A stretch of 64,000 nt of DNA from Cyanobacteriota bacterium (GTDB lineage Bacteria; Cyanobacteriota; Cyanobacteriia; Cyanobacteriales; Nostocaceae). Made by a program: the position numbers and the translations under genes. Where the stretch lies: assembly GCA_046045965.1 (NCBI GenBank), contig JBJOKS010000010.1:32001-96000 (forward strand), read 5' to 3'. Of this stretch, positions 22,444 to 32,636 are shown one piece after another; within the stretch, counting starts at the first letter, position 1; each line of letters begins with the position of its first letter. The notes below the pieces were generated by a model that was not told the DNA's origin, ran no database searches, and saw only the letters and a list, made by a program, of their open reading frames with translations.

Positions 22444-22553
22444 TTGGGGATCGGGAATAATATTTATCACCCATTACCCATTACCCATTACCCATTTATG
22501 AATTAAATTGTGAATTTTTGATGTAGTTATGGGTACTCTGGTGTTGTGAGGAT

Positions 22554-23711
22554 ATGAACGATAAATACAGGGCTGCTAATATGTCTAAAAAACTTCATTC
22601 TAATCAGTGTTTACACAGTCATTTAAAAGTGGCATTTTCCAAAAATTCTGCACAGCAACTAGGATTTTTGTTGACGACTTCAGCATTTTTATTGTTGGCA
22701 TTACCGACATTTATTAATACACCAGGTAGTAAGGTGTTGGCGCAAAATGTGGTTTCTCAGGATTTGGATGCAGCAATTTTATACCAACTGGGAGTTACAC
22801 GTTATAACCGCAAAGACTTACAAGGTGCAGAATTAGCTTTTCGTCAGGCTTTACAGCGAGATCCTAAGATTGGGTTAGCACGGAATTATTTAGGTAATAT
22901 TTTGATAGAGCAAAATCGCCTAGATTTGGCTGTACAAGAATATGGGGAAGCAATTAGACTGATTCCCAATTTTGGTGAAGCTTATTACAATTTAGGGTTA
23001 GCTTTGCAAAAACAGGGACAAAAAGAAGCAGCAATTACTGCTTATCGCCAAGCGTTGTTAGTCAGTCCGACAATGGCAAATGCCCACTATAATTTAGGTT
23101 TACTCTTGTATGAACAAGAACAGCGTCAGGAAGCGATCGCTGCTTATCAGCAAGCTATTAATTTAGATAGCAGTAATGTGGATGCTTACTTGAATTTAGC
23201 GATCGCTCTCCAGCAAGAAGGTCAAACAGAACAAGCAATTTCTAACTATCGTCAAGTTTTAAAGCTTGATCCTAAAAATACCGTAGCCTACAATAATTTA
23301 GGTGCTTTATTAGTGATTCAAGGTCAACCTTCAGAAGCTATTGCTGTTTACCAACAAGCTATTCGCCAAAATTCCAAAAATGCTTTAGCTTACTATAACT
23401 TAGGAGTGACTTTATATAATCAAGGAAATCTCCAACTAGCAAATCAAGCATTTAAACGCGCTCGTCAAGAATATGGTCAACAAGGAAATACAGAACAAGC
23501 TGCAAAAATTGACGAGATGACACAGAAAATTGCCCAGTTTTTAGCACCCAAAAAACCTGAAGTTCTTCCAGTAACAACCCCTACTCCTAATCAAGATCCT
23601 AATAAAGATTTAGTATTACCACCACCTGAAGAAGCAATACCAATTAATTCGACTAATGAACCTCAAAAAGAGGAGGAACAGTTACAAAAACCTGAAGAAA
23701 TGGGTAAATAG
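22554..23711 (+). CDS. Tetratricopeptide repeat protein with N-terminal hydrophobic segment
   Basis: Repeated 'AYYNLG..L..QG..EAI..Y.QA'. Confidence 0.9.
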   Translation: MNDKYRAANMSKKLHSNQCLHSHLKVAFSKNSAQQLGFLLTTSAFLLLALPTFINTPGSKVLAQNVVSQDLDAAILYQLGVTRYNRKDLQGAELAFRQALQRDPKIGLARNYLGNILIEQNRLDLAVQEYGEAIRLIPNFGEAYYNLGLALQKQGQKEAAITAYRQALLVSPTMANAHYNLGLLLYEQEQRQEAIAAYQQAINLDSSNVDAYLNLAIALQQEGQTEQAISNYRQVLKLDPKNTVAYNNLGALLVIQGQPSEAIAVYQQAIRQNSKNALAYYNLGVTLYNQGNLQLANQAFKRARQEYGQQGNTEQAAKIDEMTQKIAQFLAPKKPEVLPVTTPTPNQDPNKDLVLPPPEEAIPINSTNEPQKEEEQLQKPEEMGK

Positions 23712-23837
23712 GTAATAGGTAATAGGTAATAGGTAATAGGTAATAGGTAATAGGTAATAGGTAATAGGTAAAAACTCTTTTCTGTCACCTGTCACCTGTC
23801 ACCTGTCACCTGTCACCTGTCACCTGTCACCTGTCAC
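23708..23837. repeat. STRR arrays (TAGGTAA)n and (CTGTCAC)n
   Basis: About 9 and 8 tandem heptamers between convergent genes. Confidence 0.92.
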
Positions 23838-24533
23838 CTAAATTGGTAAACGATTAATATCTTTATTACAGCCAATAACTACCATTGCTGAACCACGTTC
23901 TAAACGCTTGTTAGAGTCAGGATTAATCTTAAATTTACCATCCTGACTCACTGCTAACAAATTTAAACCGTAACGGTTTCTGAGTTGAATTTCTGCAACA
24001 GTTTTACCATGAAATTCATCGGGTACAATTACTTCAACAATGCTATGATCTGGATCAAGGTCAAATCGATCTAAAATTGATGGTTTAGTCAGTGTCCTTG
24101 CTAAAGCACAACCAGCTTCATATTCTGGGAATACTACATGATCTGCTCCCACTCTTTTTAACAACTTGCGGTGAACTTCACTCGAAGCTTTAGCAACTAC
24201 ATGAGGTACACCAGCTTCTTTGACATTGAGAGTGGTGATAATACTTTCTTGAATATAGTTACCAATAGCTACAATTACGGTATCAAACTCCAGAATACCA
24301 GCTTCTTTGAGTGCAGCAGGTTCAGTTGAATCTAATTGTACTGCATGACTGACTATTTCATCAGTTAAAGCCTCAGCAACCAGCTTTTCATCAACATCTG
24401 TAGCTAGAACTTGATAACCTAAACTGTGCAGTGTTGCACAAACAGAACGACCAAAACGCCCTAAACCAATTACAGCAAATTGCTGGTTATCTTGACGTAA
24501 ACTGCGAAAAAATTTTAATGATGAAAGGTTCAT
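23838..24533 (-). CDS. ktrA: KtrA/TrkA K+ uptake NAD-binding subunit
   Basis: 'FAVIGLGRFG', 'VIVAIG', 'GADHVVFPE', C-terminal RCK-C domain. Confidence 0.9.
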   Translation of the reverse strand: MNLSSLKFFRSLRQDNQQFAVIGLGRFGRSVCATLHSLGYQVLATDVDEKLVAEALTDEIVSHAVQLDSTEPAALKEAGILEFDTVIVAIGNYIQESIITTLNVKEAGVPHVVAKASSEVHRKLLKRVGADHVVFPEYEAGCALARTLTKPSILDRFDLDPDHSIVEVIVPDEFHGKTVAEIQLRNRYGLNLLAVSQDGKFKINPDSNKRLERGSAMVVIGCNKDINRLPI

Positions 24534-24681
24534 TTTTAACTAGGGAACAGGGAACAGGGAACAGGAAACAGGGAACAGGGAACAGAAGGCAAAAGGCAAA
24601 AGGCAAAAGGCAAAAGTAGGTAATAGGGAATAAAAAATAGTGTTTACCGATAATTACCCATTACCAATTACCCATTACCAA

Positions 24682-26016
24682 TTAACCAACAAGTAAATTT
24701 TCTTCAGGATAGTGAACTCTACTAGGACGAGGATCACCTAATATAGCCGACATTAATAATAGAACACCGACTCTCCCTATATACATGGTGATAATTAAAA
24801 TCAGTTTTGCCGCTATGGAAACAGTACCAGTTATACCTGTTGATAAACCTACTGTAGCAAAAGCTGATACCACTTCAAACAGAATTTGAATAAACTCTAA
24901 GTTGGGGTCTGTGAGACTAATTAAAATTGTTGCACCTATCACTGTAGCTAGAGAACCAACTACTACACCCACAGCTTTTAATATTAGTGATATTGCTATC
25001 TTCCGATCATAGAGTAAAACTTCTTCTTTCCCTTGGAGTATGGTTTTTGTACAACTGGTGAGAACTCTCAATGTTGTTGTTTTTATACCTCCTCCTGTAC
25101 CACCTGGACTTGCACCAATAAACATTAATGCAATCGTAATAAATAAACCTGCATCTGTCATTTTTCCAATATCAATGGTGTTAAAACCAGCAGTTCTGGG
25201 GGTGACAGATTGAAACCAAGCTAATAATAATTGATCAGAAAAACTAAAATTAGCAAATGTTTGAGGATTTCTGATTTCTATACACAAAAAAGCGATTGTT
25301 CCCAATACTAAAAGCAGCAAAGTTGTACTGGTGGCGACTTTAAAATCAAGAGAAAATACTATAGCATTGGGTTTCTTCAAAAATCGATCACGCAACCAAA
25401 GATACATATCTAAAATTACTTGATAACCAATTCCTCCAAAAATAATTAAGCCTGTAACTGTGAACACTACTAACCCAGAAGTTTGATAACCTATTAAACT
25501 ATCTTTAAACAGGCTAAAACCTGCATTATTCCAAGCATTAACACTATGAAATATGGCTAACCAAAGTCCTTTATTCCATCCAAAATCTTTAACAAAAGCC
25601 GGCAGTAATAACAATATTCCCGTAATTTCAAAAATCATGGTTGTAGCAATAATTGAACGAATGATTTGCGTACTACCACTCATTCCTGGACGGTCTAAAG
25701 CTTGTTGAATTGCTACTTTTTGCCTTAGATCAAATCTTCTGCCAATTAACAAAATCAAAAATGTGGTAGTGGTCATGTATCCTAAACCACCAATTTGAGC
25801 CAACATCATAATAAATAATTGACCCCAAAAGGAAAAATCAGTACCAGTATCAACTACAGCTAACCCCGTAACGCACACTGCGGAGGTTGAGGTGAATAGT
25901 GCTACAATGGGGTCATTCCACATACCATTGCTAGTTGAGAAAGGCATCATTAACAGGATAGTTCCTGCTAGAATGACAGCCAGAAATCCCAAGCAGATTG
26001 TCCGAGCAACAGTCAT
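24682..26016 (-). CDS. ktrB: KtrB/TrkH K+ uptake membrane subunit
   Basis: 'SAVCVTGL', 'NNAGFS', 'RTAGF', 'GGTGGGIKTTT', 'SAFATVGLS'. Confidence 0.92.
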   Translation of the reverse strand: MTVARTICLGFLAVILAGTILLMMPFSTSNGMWNDPIVALFTSTSAVCVTGLAVVDTGTDFSFWGQLFIMMLAQIGGLGYMTTTTFLILLIGRRFDLRQKVAIQQALDRPGMSGSTQIIRSIIATTMIFEITGILLLLPAFVKDFGWNKGLWLAIFHSVNAWNNAGFSLFKDSLIGYQTSGLVVFTVTGLIIFGGIGYQVILDMYLWLRDRFLKKPNAIVFSLDFKVATSTTLLLLVLGTIAFLCIEIRNPQTFANFSFSDQLLLAWFQSVTPRTAGFNTIDIGKMTDAGLFITIALMFIGASPGGTGGGIKTTTLRVLTSCTKTILQGKEEVLLYDRKIAISLILKAVGVVVGSLATVIGATILISLTDPNLEFIQILFEVVSAFATVGLSTGITGTVSIAAKLILIITMYIGRVGVLLLMSAILGDPRPSRVHYPEENLLVG

Positions 26017-26129
26017 AATTAATTCACAATTTTCCTGTAAAAGCAAAATCGCCTGATCTAATTAAATACACAGATGGTAGCCTAAAAATATATTTTTTTA
26101 ACTTCGGCTTGGTCTTTATCTGTGGAATC

Positions 26130-26972
26130 ATGAGTACAACACTTTATCAGCAAATTCAAGAGTTTTATGATGCTTCCTCTGGTTTGTGGGAGCAAATTTG
26201 GGGAGAACATATGCACCACGGCTATTATGGTGCAGATGGTAAGCAGCAAAAAGAACGTCGTCAGGCACAAATTGATTTAATTGAAGAAGTGCTGAAATGG
26301 TCAGGGGTCAAGGATGCTGAGAATATTCTTGATGTAGGTTGTGGAATTGGTGGCAGTTCTTTATACTTGGCACAAAAGTTTAATGCTCAGTCCACGGGAA
26401 TTACACTCAGCCCTGTACAAGCCGCTAGAGCGAAGGAAAGAGCTTTGGAGGCTAATTTGGGTGCAAGAAGTCAGTTTCTAGTGGCCAATGCTCAGGAAAT
26501 GCCTTTTGCGGATAATTCTTTTGACCTGGTGTGGTCGCTAGAAAGTGGTGAACATATGCCAGATAAAACAAAGTTTCTGCAAGAGTGCTATCGAGTTTTA
26601 AAGCCTGGTGGTACTTTGATTATGGTGACATGGTGTCATCGTCCTACGGATGTTTTACCTTTGACTGCTGATGAACAAAAGCATTTACAGGATATCTATC
26701 GGGTGTATTGTTTACCCTATGTGATTTCTTTGCCTGAGTATGAGGCGATCGCCCATCAATTACCATTAAACAACATTCGCACCGCTGATTGGTCCACTGC
26801 TGTTGCTCCTTTTTGGAATTTTGTGATTGATTCTGCTTTTACTCCCCAGGCATTTTTCGGGTTACTGTTTTCTGGTTGGAGTACAATTCAAGGGGCGCTT
26901 TCTTTGGGCTTGATGAGTCGGGGTTATGAACGGGGTTTAATTCGGTTTGGTTTATTGTGTGGAAATAAATAA
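26130..26972 (+). CDS. Gamma-tocopherol methyltransferase (VTE4-like)
   Basis: 'FYDASSGLWEQIWGEHMHHGYY', 'LDVGCGIGGS', 'WSLESGEHMPDK'; next to HPT. Confidence 0.88.
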   Translation: MSTTLYQQIQEFYDASSGLWEQIWGEHMHHGYYGADGKQQKERRQAQIDLIEEVLKWSGVKDAENILDVGCGIGGSSLYLAQKFNAQSTGITLSPVQAARAKERALEANLGARSQFLVANAQEMPFADNSFDLVWSLESGEHMPDKTKFLQECYRVLKPGGTLIMVTWCHRPTDVLPLTADEQKHLQDIYRVYCLPYVISLPEYEAIAHQLPLNNIRTADWSTAVAPFWNFVIDSAFTPQAFFGLLFSGWSTIQGALSLGLMSRGYERGLIRFGLLCGNK

Positions 26973-27157
26973 TTCAGAAGTCAGGAGTTCAGGAGTTCAG
27001 GAGTATGGCTAACGCCACGCTTCGCTATCAGGAGTTCAGGAGTTCAGAATAAATAAGAATGAACAAGCAAAAATAAAACAACACAATTAATCTTTACTCT
27101 TGCCTTTTGCCTTTAGCTTTATCATAACGACAATTTTTAACATCACCCAAATTAACA

Positions 27158-28099
27158 ATGAATCAATTTTCTCAACAAAATTCACCTATTTTTCCAGTCA
27201 GTTGGCTTTATGCTTTTTGGAAGTTTTCCCGTCCACATACCATTATTGGCACAAGTTTAAGTGTTTTGGGTTTGTATTTACTAACCCTTGGTGTCAGTTC
27301 TTCAAGTTTTTCTGTAGTTCATTTAGGTCAAATTTTCGGAACTTGGTTAGCTTGCATATCTGGAAATATCTATATTGTGGGTTTGAACCAATTGGAAGAT
27401 GTTGATATTGACAAGATTAATAAACCTCATTTACCTATTGCTTCAGGAGAATTTACCAAAGAACAAGGAACTTTAATAGTTGTTATTACTGGTATTTTAG
27501 CTTTGGTTGTAGCTTGGCTAAATGGACCATATTTGTTGGGAATGGTGGGGATAAGTTTATTAATTGGTACTGCTTATTCTTTACCACCAATTCGCTTGAA
27601 ACAATTTCCTTTTTGGGCGGCTTTGTGTATTTTTTCCGTGCGGGGAACTATTGTTAATTTAGGACTGTTTTTGCATTTTAGTTGGTTATTGCAAAGAAGC
27701 CAAGGTATCCCTGCTGCTGTATGGGTTTTGACGGCGTTTATTTTGGTGTTTACATTTGCGATCGCTATTTTTAAAGATATCCCTGATATGGAAGGTGATA
27801 AACTTTATAATATTACTACTTTTACTCTCCAATTAGGACAACAAACAGTATTTAATCTTGCCCTTTGGGTGTTAACAGTTTGCTATATGGGGATGATTTT
27901 TGTTGGTGTGTTACGGTTAGCTGAAGTTAACCCCATCTTTATATTTATCACCCATATTATACCCTTGATTTTGATGTGGACAAAAAGCAGAAAAGTAGAC
28001 TTACAAGATAAAAGTGCAATTTCTCGATTTTATCAATTTATCTGGAAACTGTTTTTCATCGAATATCTAATTTTTCCCTTTGCTTGTATTTTAGCCTAA
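27158..28099 (+). CDS. hpt: Homogentisate phytyltransferase (UbiA family)
   Basis: 'FSRPHTIIGT', 'NQLEDVDIDKINKP', 'KDIPDMEGD', 'FYQFIWKLF'. Confidence 0.93.
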   Translation: MNQFSQQNSPIFPVSWLYAFWKFSRPHTIIGTSLSVLGLYLLTLGVSSSSFSVVHLGQIFGTWLACISGNIYIVGLNQLEDVDIDKINKPHLPIASGEFTKEQGTLIVVITGILALVVAWLNGPYLLGMVGISLLIGTAYSLPPIRLKQFPFWAALCIFSVRGTIVNLGLFLHFSWLLQRSQGIPAAVWVLTAFILVFTFAIAIFKDIPDMEGDKLYNITTFTLQLGQQTVFNLALWVLTVCYMGMIFVGVLRLAEVNPIFIFITHIIPLILMWTKSRKVDLQDKSAISRFYQFIWKLFFIEYLIFPFACILA

Positions 28100-28108
28100 A
28101 TTAAAACT

Positions 28109-28567
28109 ATGTTAGACAATTCACCTCTGGGTAATATCATCTCTATCTCTTTTGTCGTTACCAGTATCGGCTTCCTCATTTATTTTGCCTGGAAAACCTT
28201 AATTACCTCAAACTTATACCAAAAAGGAGTTACTCTTTTTCAAGCTAAAGATTATGATGGCGCAGAAGCAGCTTTTCGTCAAGTAATTGCCATCAATGCC
28301 ACTAATGATGTAGTAAGATTATTATTAGGTGATTTGTTAAACCACCAAGGTAAAATTGAGGAAGCAAAACAAGTATTTAGTGATGTAATTAATCGTAGTT
28401 CCAAAAATCCTGATGCTTATTTAAGGTTAGCCAATATTTTATTATTGCAAAACCATCGGGAAGAGGCAATAAAAAACTTACAAACATCAAAAGCTTTATT
28501 CCAAAAACAACGTCAACCACAAAAAGCAGCAACTATAGATAAAATTCTCAAAGAAATAGGGAGGTGA
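28109..28567 (+). CDS. Membrane-anchored TPR protein
   Basis: N-terminal TM helix followed by TPR-like helices. Confidence 0.8.
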   Translation: MLDNSPLGNIISISFVVTSIGFLIYFAWKTLITSNLYQKGVTLFQAKDYDGAEAAFRQVIAINATNDVVRLLLGDLLNHQGKIEEAKQVFSDVINRSSKNPDAYLRLANILLLQNHREEAIKNLQTSKALFQKQRQPQKAATIDKILKEIGR

Positions 28568-28647
28568 CTCTTTACTGGGGACTGGAGAAGCAGGGGAAGC
28601 AGGGGAGGTTAATAACCCAATTACCAATGACAAATTACTAATAACTA

Positions 28648-29361
28648 ATGACTAAAAATAAAGTTTACATTGTTGGTGCTGGACCTGGAGACATTGAATA
28701 TTTAACAGTTAAAGCCTATCGGCTTTTAGCATCGGCTGAAGTTTTAATTTATGATGCTTTAGTAGATAGAGAATTGTTAGAATGTGTACCACAAAATTGT
28801 TTAAAATTAGATGTAGGTAAACGTGGTGGTAAACCCAGCACTCCCCAGGGAGAAATTAACAGTTTATTGGTCAAGCATTGCCGGGAAGGGAAACAAGTTG
28901 TTAGACTTAAATCAGGTGATCCGTTTATTTTTGGTCGTTGTATTTCCGAAATAGAAGCCTTAAAAGCTGCGGGTTGTGAATTTGCAGTCATACCGGGAAT
29001 TTCTTCAGCTTTAGCAGCACCTTTATTAGCAGGAATACCCTTAACAGATACCGTACTCAGTCGTTGTTTTGCTGTGTTGACAGCACATGAACCAGAGGTT
29101 TTAGACTGGGAAGCACTATCAAGAATAGAAACTTTGGTAATTTTAATGGGGGGAAAAAATTTAGCAGAAATAGTCCATCAACTGCTAAGATATAGGCGAT
29201 CGCACTCCACACCCATTGCTATTATCCGTTGGGCAGGAACTCCCAGTCAAGAAATATGGACAGGTGAACTGGGTAATATTTTGGCACAAACTGCCGATTT
29301 ATCTCTCTCCCCTGCTGTAATTGTCATTGGTGAAGTTGTAGGATTACGGAATTTCCTATAA
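28648..29361 (+). CDS. cobA: Uroporphyrinogen-III C-methyltransferase
   Basis: 'VGAGPGD', 'VGKRGG', 'VRLKSGDPFIFGR', 'IPGISS'. Confidence 0.92.
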   Translation: MTKNKVYIVGAGPGDIEYLTVKAYRLLASAEVLIYDALVDRELLECVPQNCLKLDVGKRGGKPSTPQGEINSLLVKHCREGKQVVRLKSGDPFIFGRCISEIEALKAAGCEFAVIPGISSALAAPLLAGIPLTDTVLSRCFAVLTAHEPEVLDWEALSRIETLVILMGGKNLAEIVHQLLRYRRSHSTPIAIIRWAGTPSQEIWTGELGNILAQTADLSLSPAVIVIGEVVGLRNFL

Positions 29362-29412
29362 CATGAAAAAATATAAACTCTTATCAATTACTCCTCTTCC
29401 AACTATAAAATC

Positions 29413-30240
29413 GTGCATAGCAATATCCCTATATCCCCGTCCCCCCATCCTCATGACTTTCCCCTCACAGGTAAAACCATCCTAGTTACCCGTTCAGTGG
29501 GACAGTCTAGCCAATTTAGCGATCGCCTGACAGACGCAGGTGCTAAAGTAATTGAAATGCCAGCTTTGGAAATTGGACCCCCTAGCAGTTGGAAAGCTTT
29601 AGATCAAGCAATATCTAATTTATCAACTTTTGACTGGTTAATTCTGACTTCTAGCAACGGTGTAGAATACTTTTTTAGCAGACTCCAAGCCAAAGGAAAA
29701 AATAAAAATGCCTTAGCTAAGGTTAAAATTGCTGTTGTGGGTGAAAAAACAGCTAAAAGTTTGAAAAAACAGCATATCCAAGCAGATTTTATTCCTCCCC
29801 ACTATATTGCTGATTCTTTAGTTGTCAACTTTCCTGAAAAATTAGCAGGTAAAAAGATTTTGTTTCCCAGAGTTGAAAGTGGAGGGAGAGAAGTTTTAGT
29901 TAAACAATTAACGTCCAAGGGTGCAGAAGTCATTGAAGTTCCCGCTTATGAATCTTCTTGTCCCCAGAATATTCCCCCAGCAGCAGAAATAGCTTTGCAA
30001 AATCATACTTTAGATATCATTACCTTTGCAAGTTCCAAAACTGTACAATTTTTCTGTCTATTAACAGCAACAAAATTTCCCGAAGGAATTACCCATTATC
30101 TAGAAAACACTTGCATTGCTTCCATCGGTCCCCAAACTTCTAAAACTTGTTTTGATTTATTTGGCAGGGTCGATATAGAAGCGGAAGAATACACTGTAGA
30201 TGGTTTACTCAAAGCAATTATTCAATGGGCTAGTAAGTGA
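29413..30240 (+). CDS. hemD: Uroporphyrinogen-III synthase (same frame as cobA, separated by two TAA codons; start uncertain)
   Basis: 'GKTILVTR', 'LTSSNGV', 'VVGEKTA', 'FASSKTV', 'SIGPQTS'. Confidence 0.88.
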   Translation: MHSNIPISPSPHPHDFPLTGKTILVTRSVGQSSQFSDRLTDAGAKVIEMPALEIGPPSSWKALDQAISNLSTFDWLILTSSNGVEYFFSRLQAKGKNKNALAKVKIAVVGEKTAKSLKKQHIQADFIPPHYIADSLVVNFPEKLAGKKILFPRVESGGREVLVKQLTSKGAEVIEVPAYESSCPQNIPPAAEIALQNHTLDIITFASSKTVQFFCLLTATKFPEGITHYLENTCIASIGPQTSKTCFDLFGRVDIEAEEYTVDGLLKAIIQWASK

Positions 30241-30334
30241 CTCTTTACTGGGGACTGGGGACAGAAAGCAGGGGAAGCAGGGGAAGCAGGGGAAGCAGGG
30301 GAAGAAACAACTAATGACTAATGACTAATAACTA

Positions 30335-30925
30335 ATGAGCAAACGCTTAATAGGTTTAACTGGTGGTATTGCTACGGGTAAAAGTACAGTGGCTAATTAT
30401 TTAGCTACTGCTTATAATTTACCGCTTTTAGATGCAGATATTTATGCCAGAGATGCAGTATCTGTAGGTTCTCCTATTCTGGCACAAATTGCCCAACGTT
30501 ACGGTAAAGAAGAAGTTTTATTAGCAGATGGTAATTTAAACCGTCTAAAATTGGGAGAAATTATTTTTAATCAACCAGAGGAACGTATTTGGGTAGAAAA
30601 TGTTATTCATCCTTATGTTAGAAAGTGCTTTTTAAAAACTATTCATGAATCATCTGCACCTATTTTAGTATTAGTTATTCCTTTGTTATTTGAAGCTGGT
30701 TTAGAAAATTTAGTGAGTGAAATTTGGGTTGTATCTTGTTCAGAAGAACAGCAAAAACAAAGATTAATTCAACGTAATAATTTAAGCGATGAACAAGCAG
30801 AAACTCGAATTAAAAGTCAGTTACCATTATCAGAAAAAATTGCCCGTGCTGATGTAGTTTTAGATAATTCCTCAACTTTAGAATCACTTTTAAAACAAGT
30901 AGATGAAGTGATAGAAAGATGTTAA
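30335..30925 (+). CDS. coaE: Dephospho-CoA kinase
   Basis: 'IGLTGGIATGKST', 'DAD', 'IHP', 'PLLFE', 'RIKSQLP'. Confidence 0.96.
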   Translation: MSKRLIGLTGGIATGKSTVANYLATAYNLPLLDADIYARDAVSVGSPILAQIAQRYGKEEVLLADGNLNRLKLGEIIFNQPEERIWVENVIHPYVRKCFLKTIHESSAPILVLVIPLLFEAGLENLVSEIWVVSCSEEQQKQRLIQRNNLSDEQAETRIKSQLPLSEKIARADVVLDNSSTLESLLKQVDEVIERC

Positions 30926-31075
30926 TTTTTAAATCCCCCCTCACTTAAAAAAAAGAGGGAGAATGAAATATAGGACTTAAGCAAAAATATTCCCAAACTC
31001 CCTTCCTCTGCGTTCTCTGCGTCCTCTGCGGTTCGATATTCCGTAAGTAAATAGTTACCAATAATTACCCATTAT

Positions 31076-32470
31076 TTAACTTTCTCCCCCCACAACTACA
31101 TCACGAATACGCAAAGAAGGACCACCACAACCAACAGGTAAACCGTTTTGTCCACCTTTCCCACATCCACCGGATTCATCCCAGTAAAAATCATCACCTA
31201 TCGCTTCTATATCTGCGAGGGTTTGGAAAACATTACCGGAAAGGGTAACATCTTTTACAGGTTCAGCTATTTGACCATTTCTAATCATCCAAGCTTCACC
31301 GGCTGTAAAGGTGAACATTTCCCCGTTTGTCATCCCCCCTAACCAGTTACGTGCATATACTCCTTCTTTGATATCTGTGAATAAATTTGCTACTGGGGTT
31401 TTACCTCTTTCTATCCAGGTATTTGTCATGCGGACTATGGGTGAGTAGTGATAATCTAAACAACGGGCGTTACCTGTGGGCGCTTCACCTAATTTACCCG
31501 CAGTTTCACGAGAATGCAAACGTCCGACTAAAACCCCATCTTTGATTAATTGCGTAGTAGTCGCAGGTGTACCTTCATCATCGTAAAAATAACTACCTCG
31601 ATGACCTTGGGGTGCAGCACCATCAAAAATTTGCAATTCTTCTGAACCAAAGCGCCTTCCCAGGGTCATAACCTCCAGTAAATCAGGGTTTTCATAGGCC
31701 ATGTCTGCTTCGGAAAGATGGCCAAAAGCTTCATGGACAAATAAACCTGTAAGTATGGGGTCAATGACGACGGTATAAGTGTTACCTTTAACTGATGGTA
31801 AGGATAAAGCTGTTACTGCTCTTTCGGCTGCGCTTTTAACTTGAGTATCTAAATTGACTAAATCTTCAAATGCTTTCCGTGATCCTGTGGTTTCTCTGCC
31901 GGTTTGTACAGTGTCGCCATTCCTTGCTGTGGCTGCAAAACGCATTTCCATGTCTACCCAGGATTGTTCTATTAATGTTTCTTCTGAAGTAGCAATAATT
32001 ACTCTTTGAGAACTATCACCATAGCGGACTGAGGTGGTGGTGATGCGGGGATCAACACTTTTTAATAATTCAGTGTAGCGATCGCACAGTTCTTTTTTTT
32101 GTTTCAGTGACACTGTACGGGGATCAATCCCTGTGAGGGGTAAATTACATATAGCTTGGATAGGATCAATAGGTGCGAGGATGGTTTCTTCATCTCCCAC
32201 TATTCTAGCTGCGGCGATCGCTTCTTCTATTCTTTCTTCGATAGTGGCTAACTGGTTGAAACTACTTAAACCCCAGCCACCTTTATAACAAGCACGAACA
32301 TGGCCACCGATAGAAATACCTTCGCTGAGGGTTTCTACTTTGTCACCACGCAATAAAATATCTGTTCCTTCTGCTTCTTCTAAGCGAATCATGAGATAAT
32401 CGACGCGGGAAGAATAGCGAGTGATTAAATCAGAGAGTAAATTTTGGATGTCAGCAAGGAGTTTAGGCAT
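31076..32470 (-). CDS. Second TldD-family metalloprotease
   Basis: 'VHEAFGHLSEAD', 'YDDEG', 'RMTNT', 'GCGKGGQ..VGCGGP'. Confidence 0.88.
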   Translation of the reverse strand: MPKLLADIQNLLSDLITRYSSRVDYLMIRLEEAEGTDILLRGDKVETLSEGISIGGHVRACYKGGWGLSSFNQLATIEERIEEAIAAARIVGDEETILAPIDPIQAICNLPLTGIDPRTVSLKQKKELCDRYTELLKSVDPRITTTSVRYGDSSQRVIIATSEETLIEQSWVDMEMRFAATARNGDTVQTGRETTGSRKAFEDLVNLDTQVKSAAERAVTALSLPSVKGNTYTVVIDPILTGLFVHEAFGHLSEADMAYENPDLLEVMTLGRRFGSEELQIFDGAAPQGHRGSYFYDDEGTPATTTQLIKDGVLVGRLHSRETAGKLGEAPTGNARCLDYHYSPIVRMTNTWIERGKTPVANLFTDIKEGVYARNWLGGMTNGEMFTFTAGEAWMIRNGQIAEPVKDVTLSGNVFQTLADIEAIGDDFYWDESGGCGKGGQNGLPVGCGGPSLRIRDVVVGGES

Positions 32471-32636
32471 TCTGGTTAGTGATGATTATAAAATATACTT
32501 AGTTCCTAACTATTTATTCCAATTTTACTATTAATGGCACAATATATGGGAATATAATAATTAAACGCAGATGAACGCAGATGAACGCAGATGATTTACA
32601 GTTTTGTAATCAAGTTTGTATCATGTATTTTGTTCA

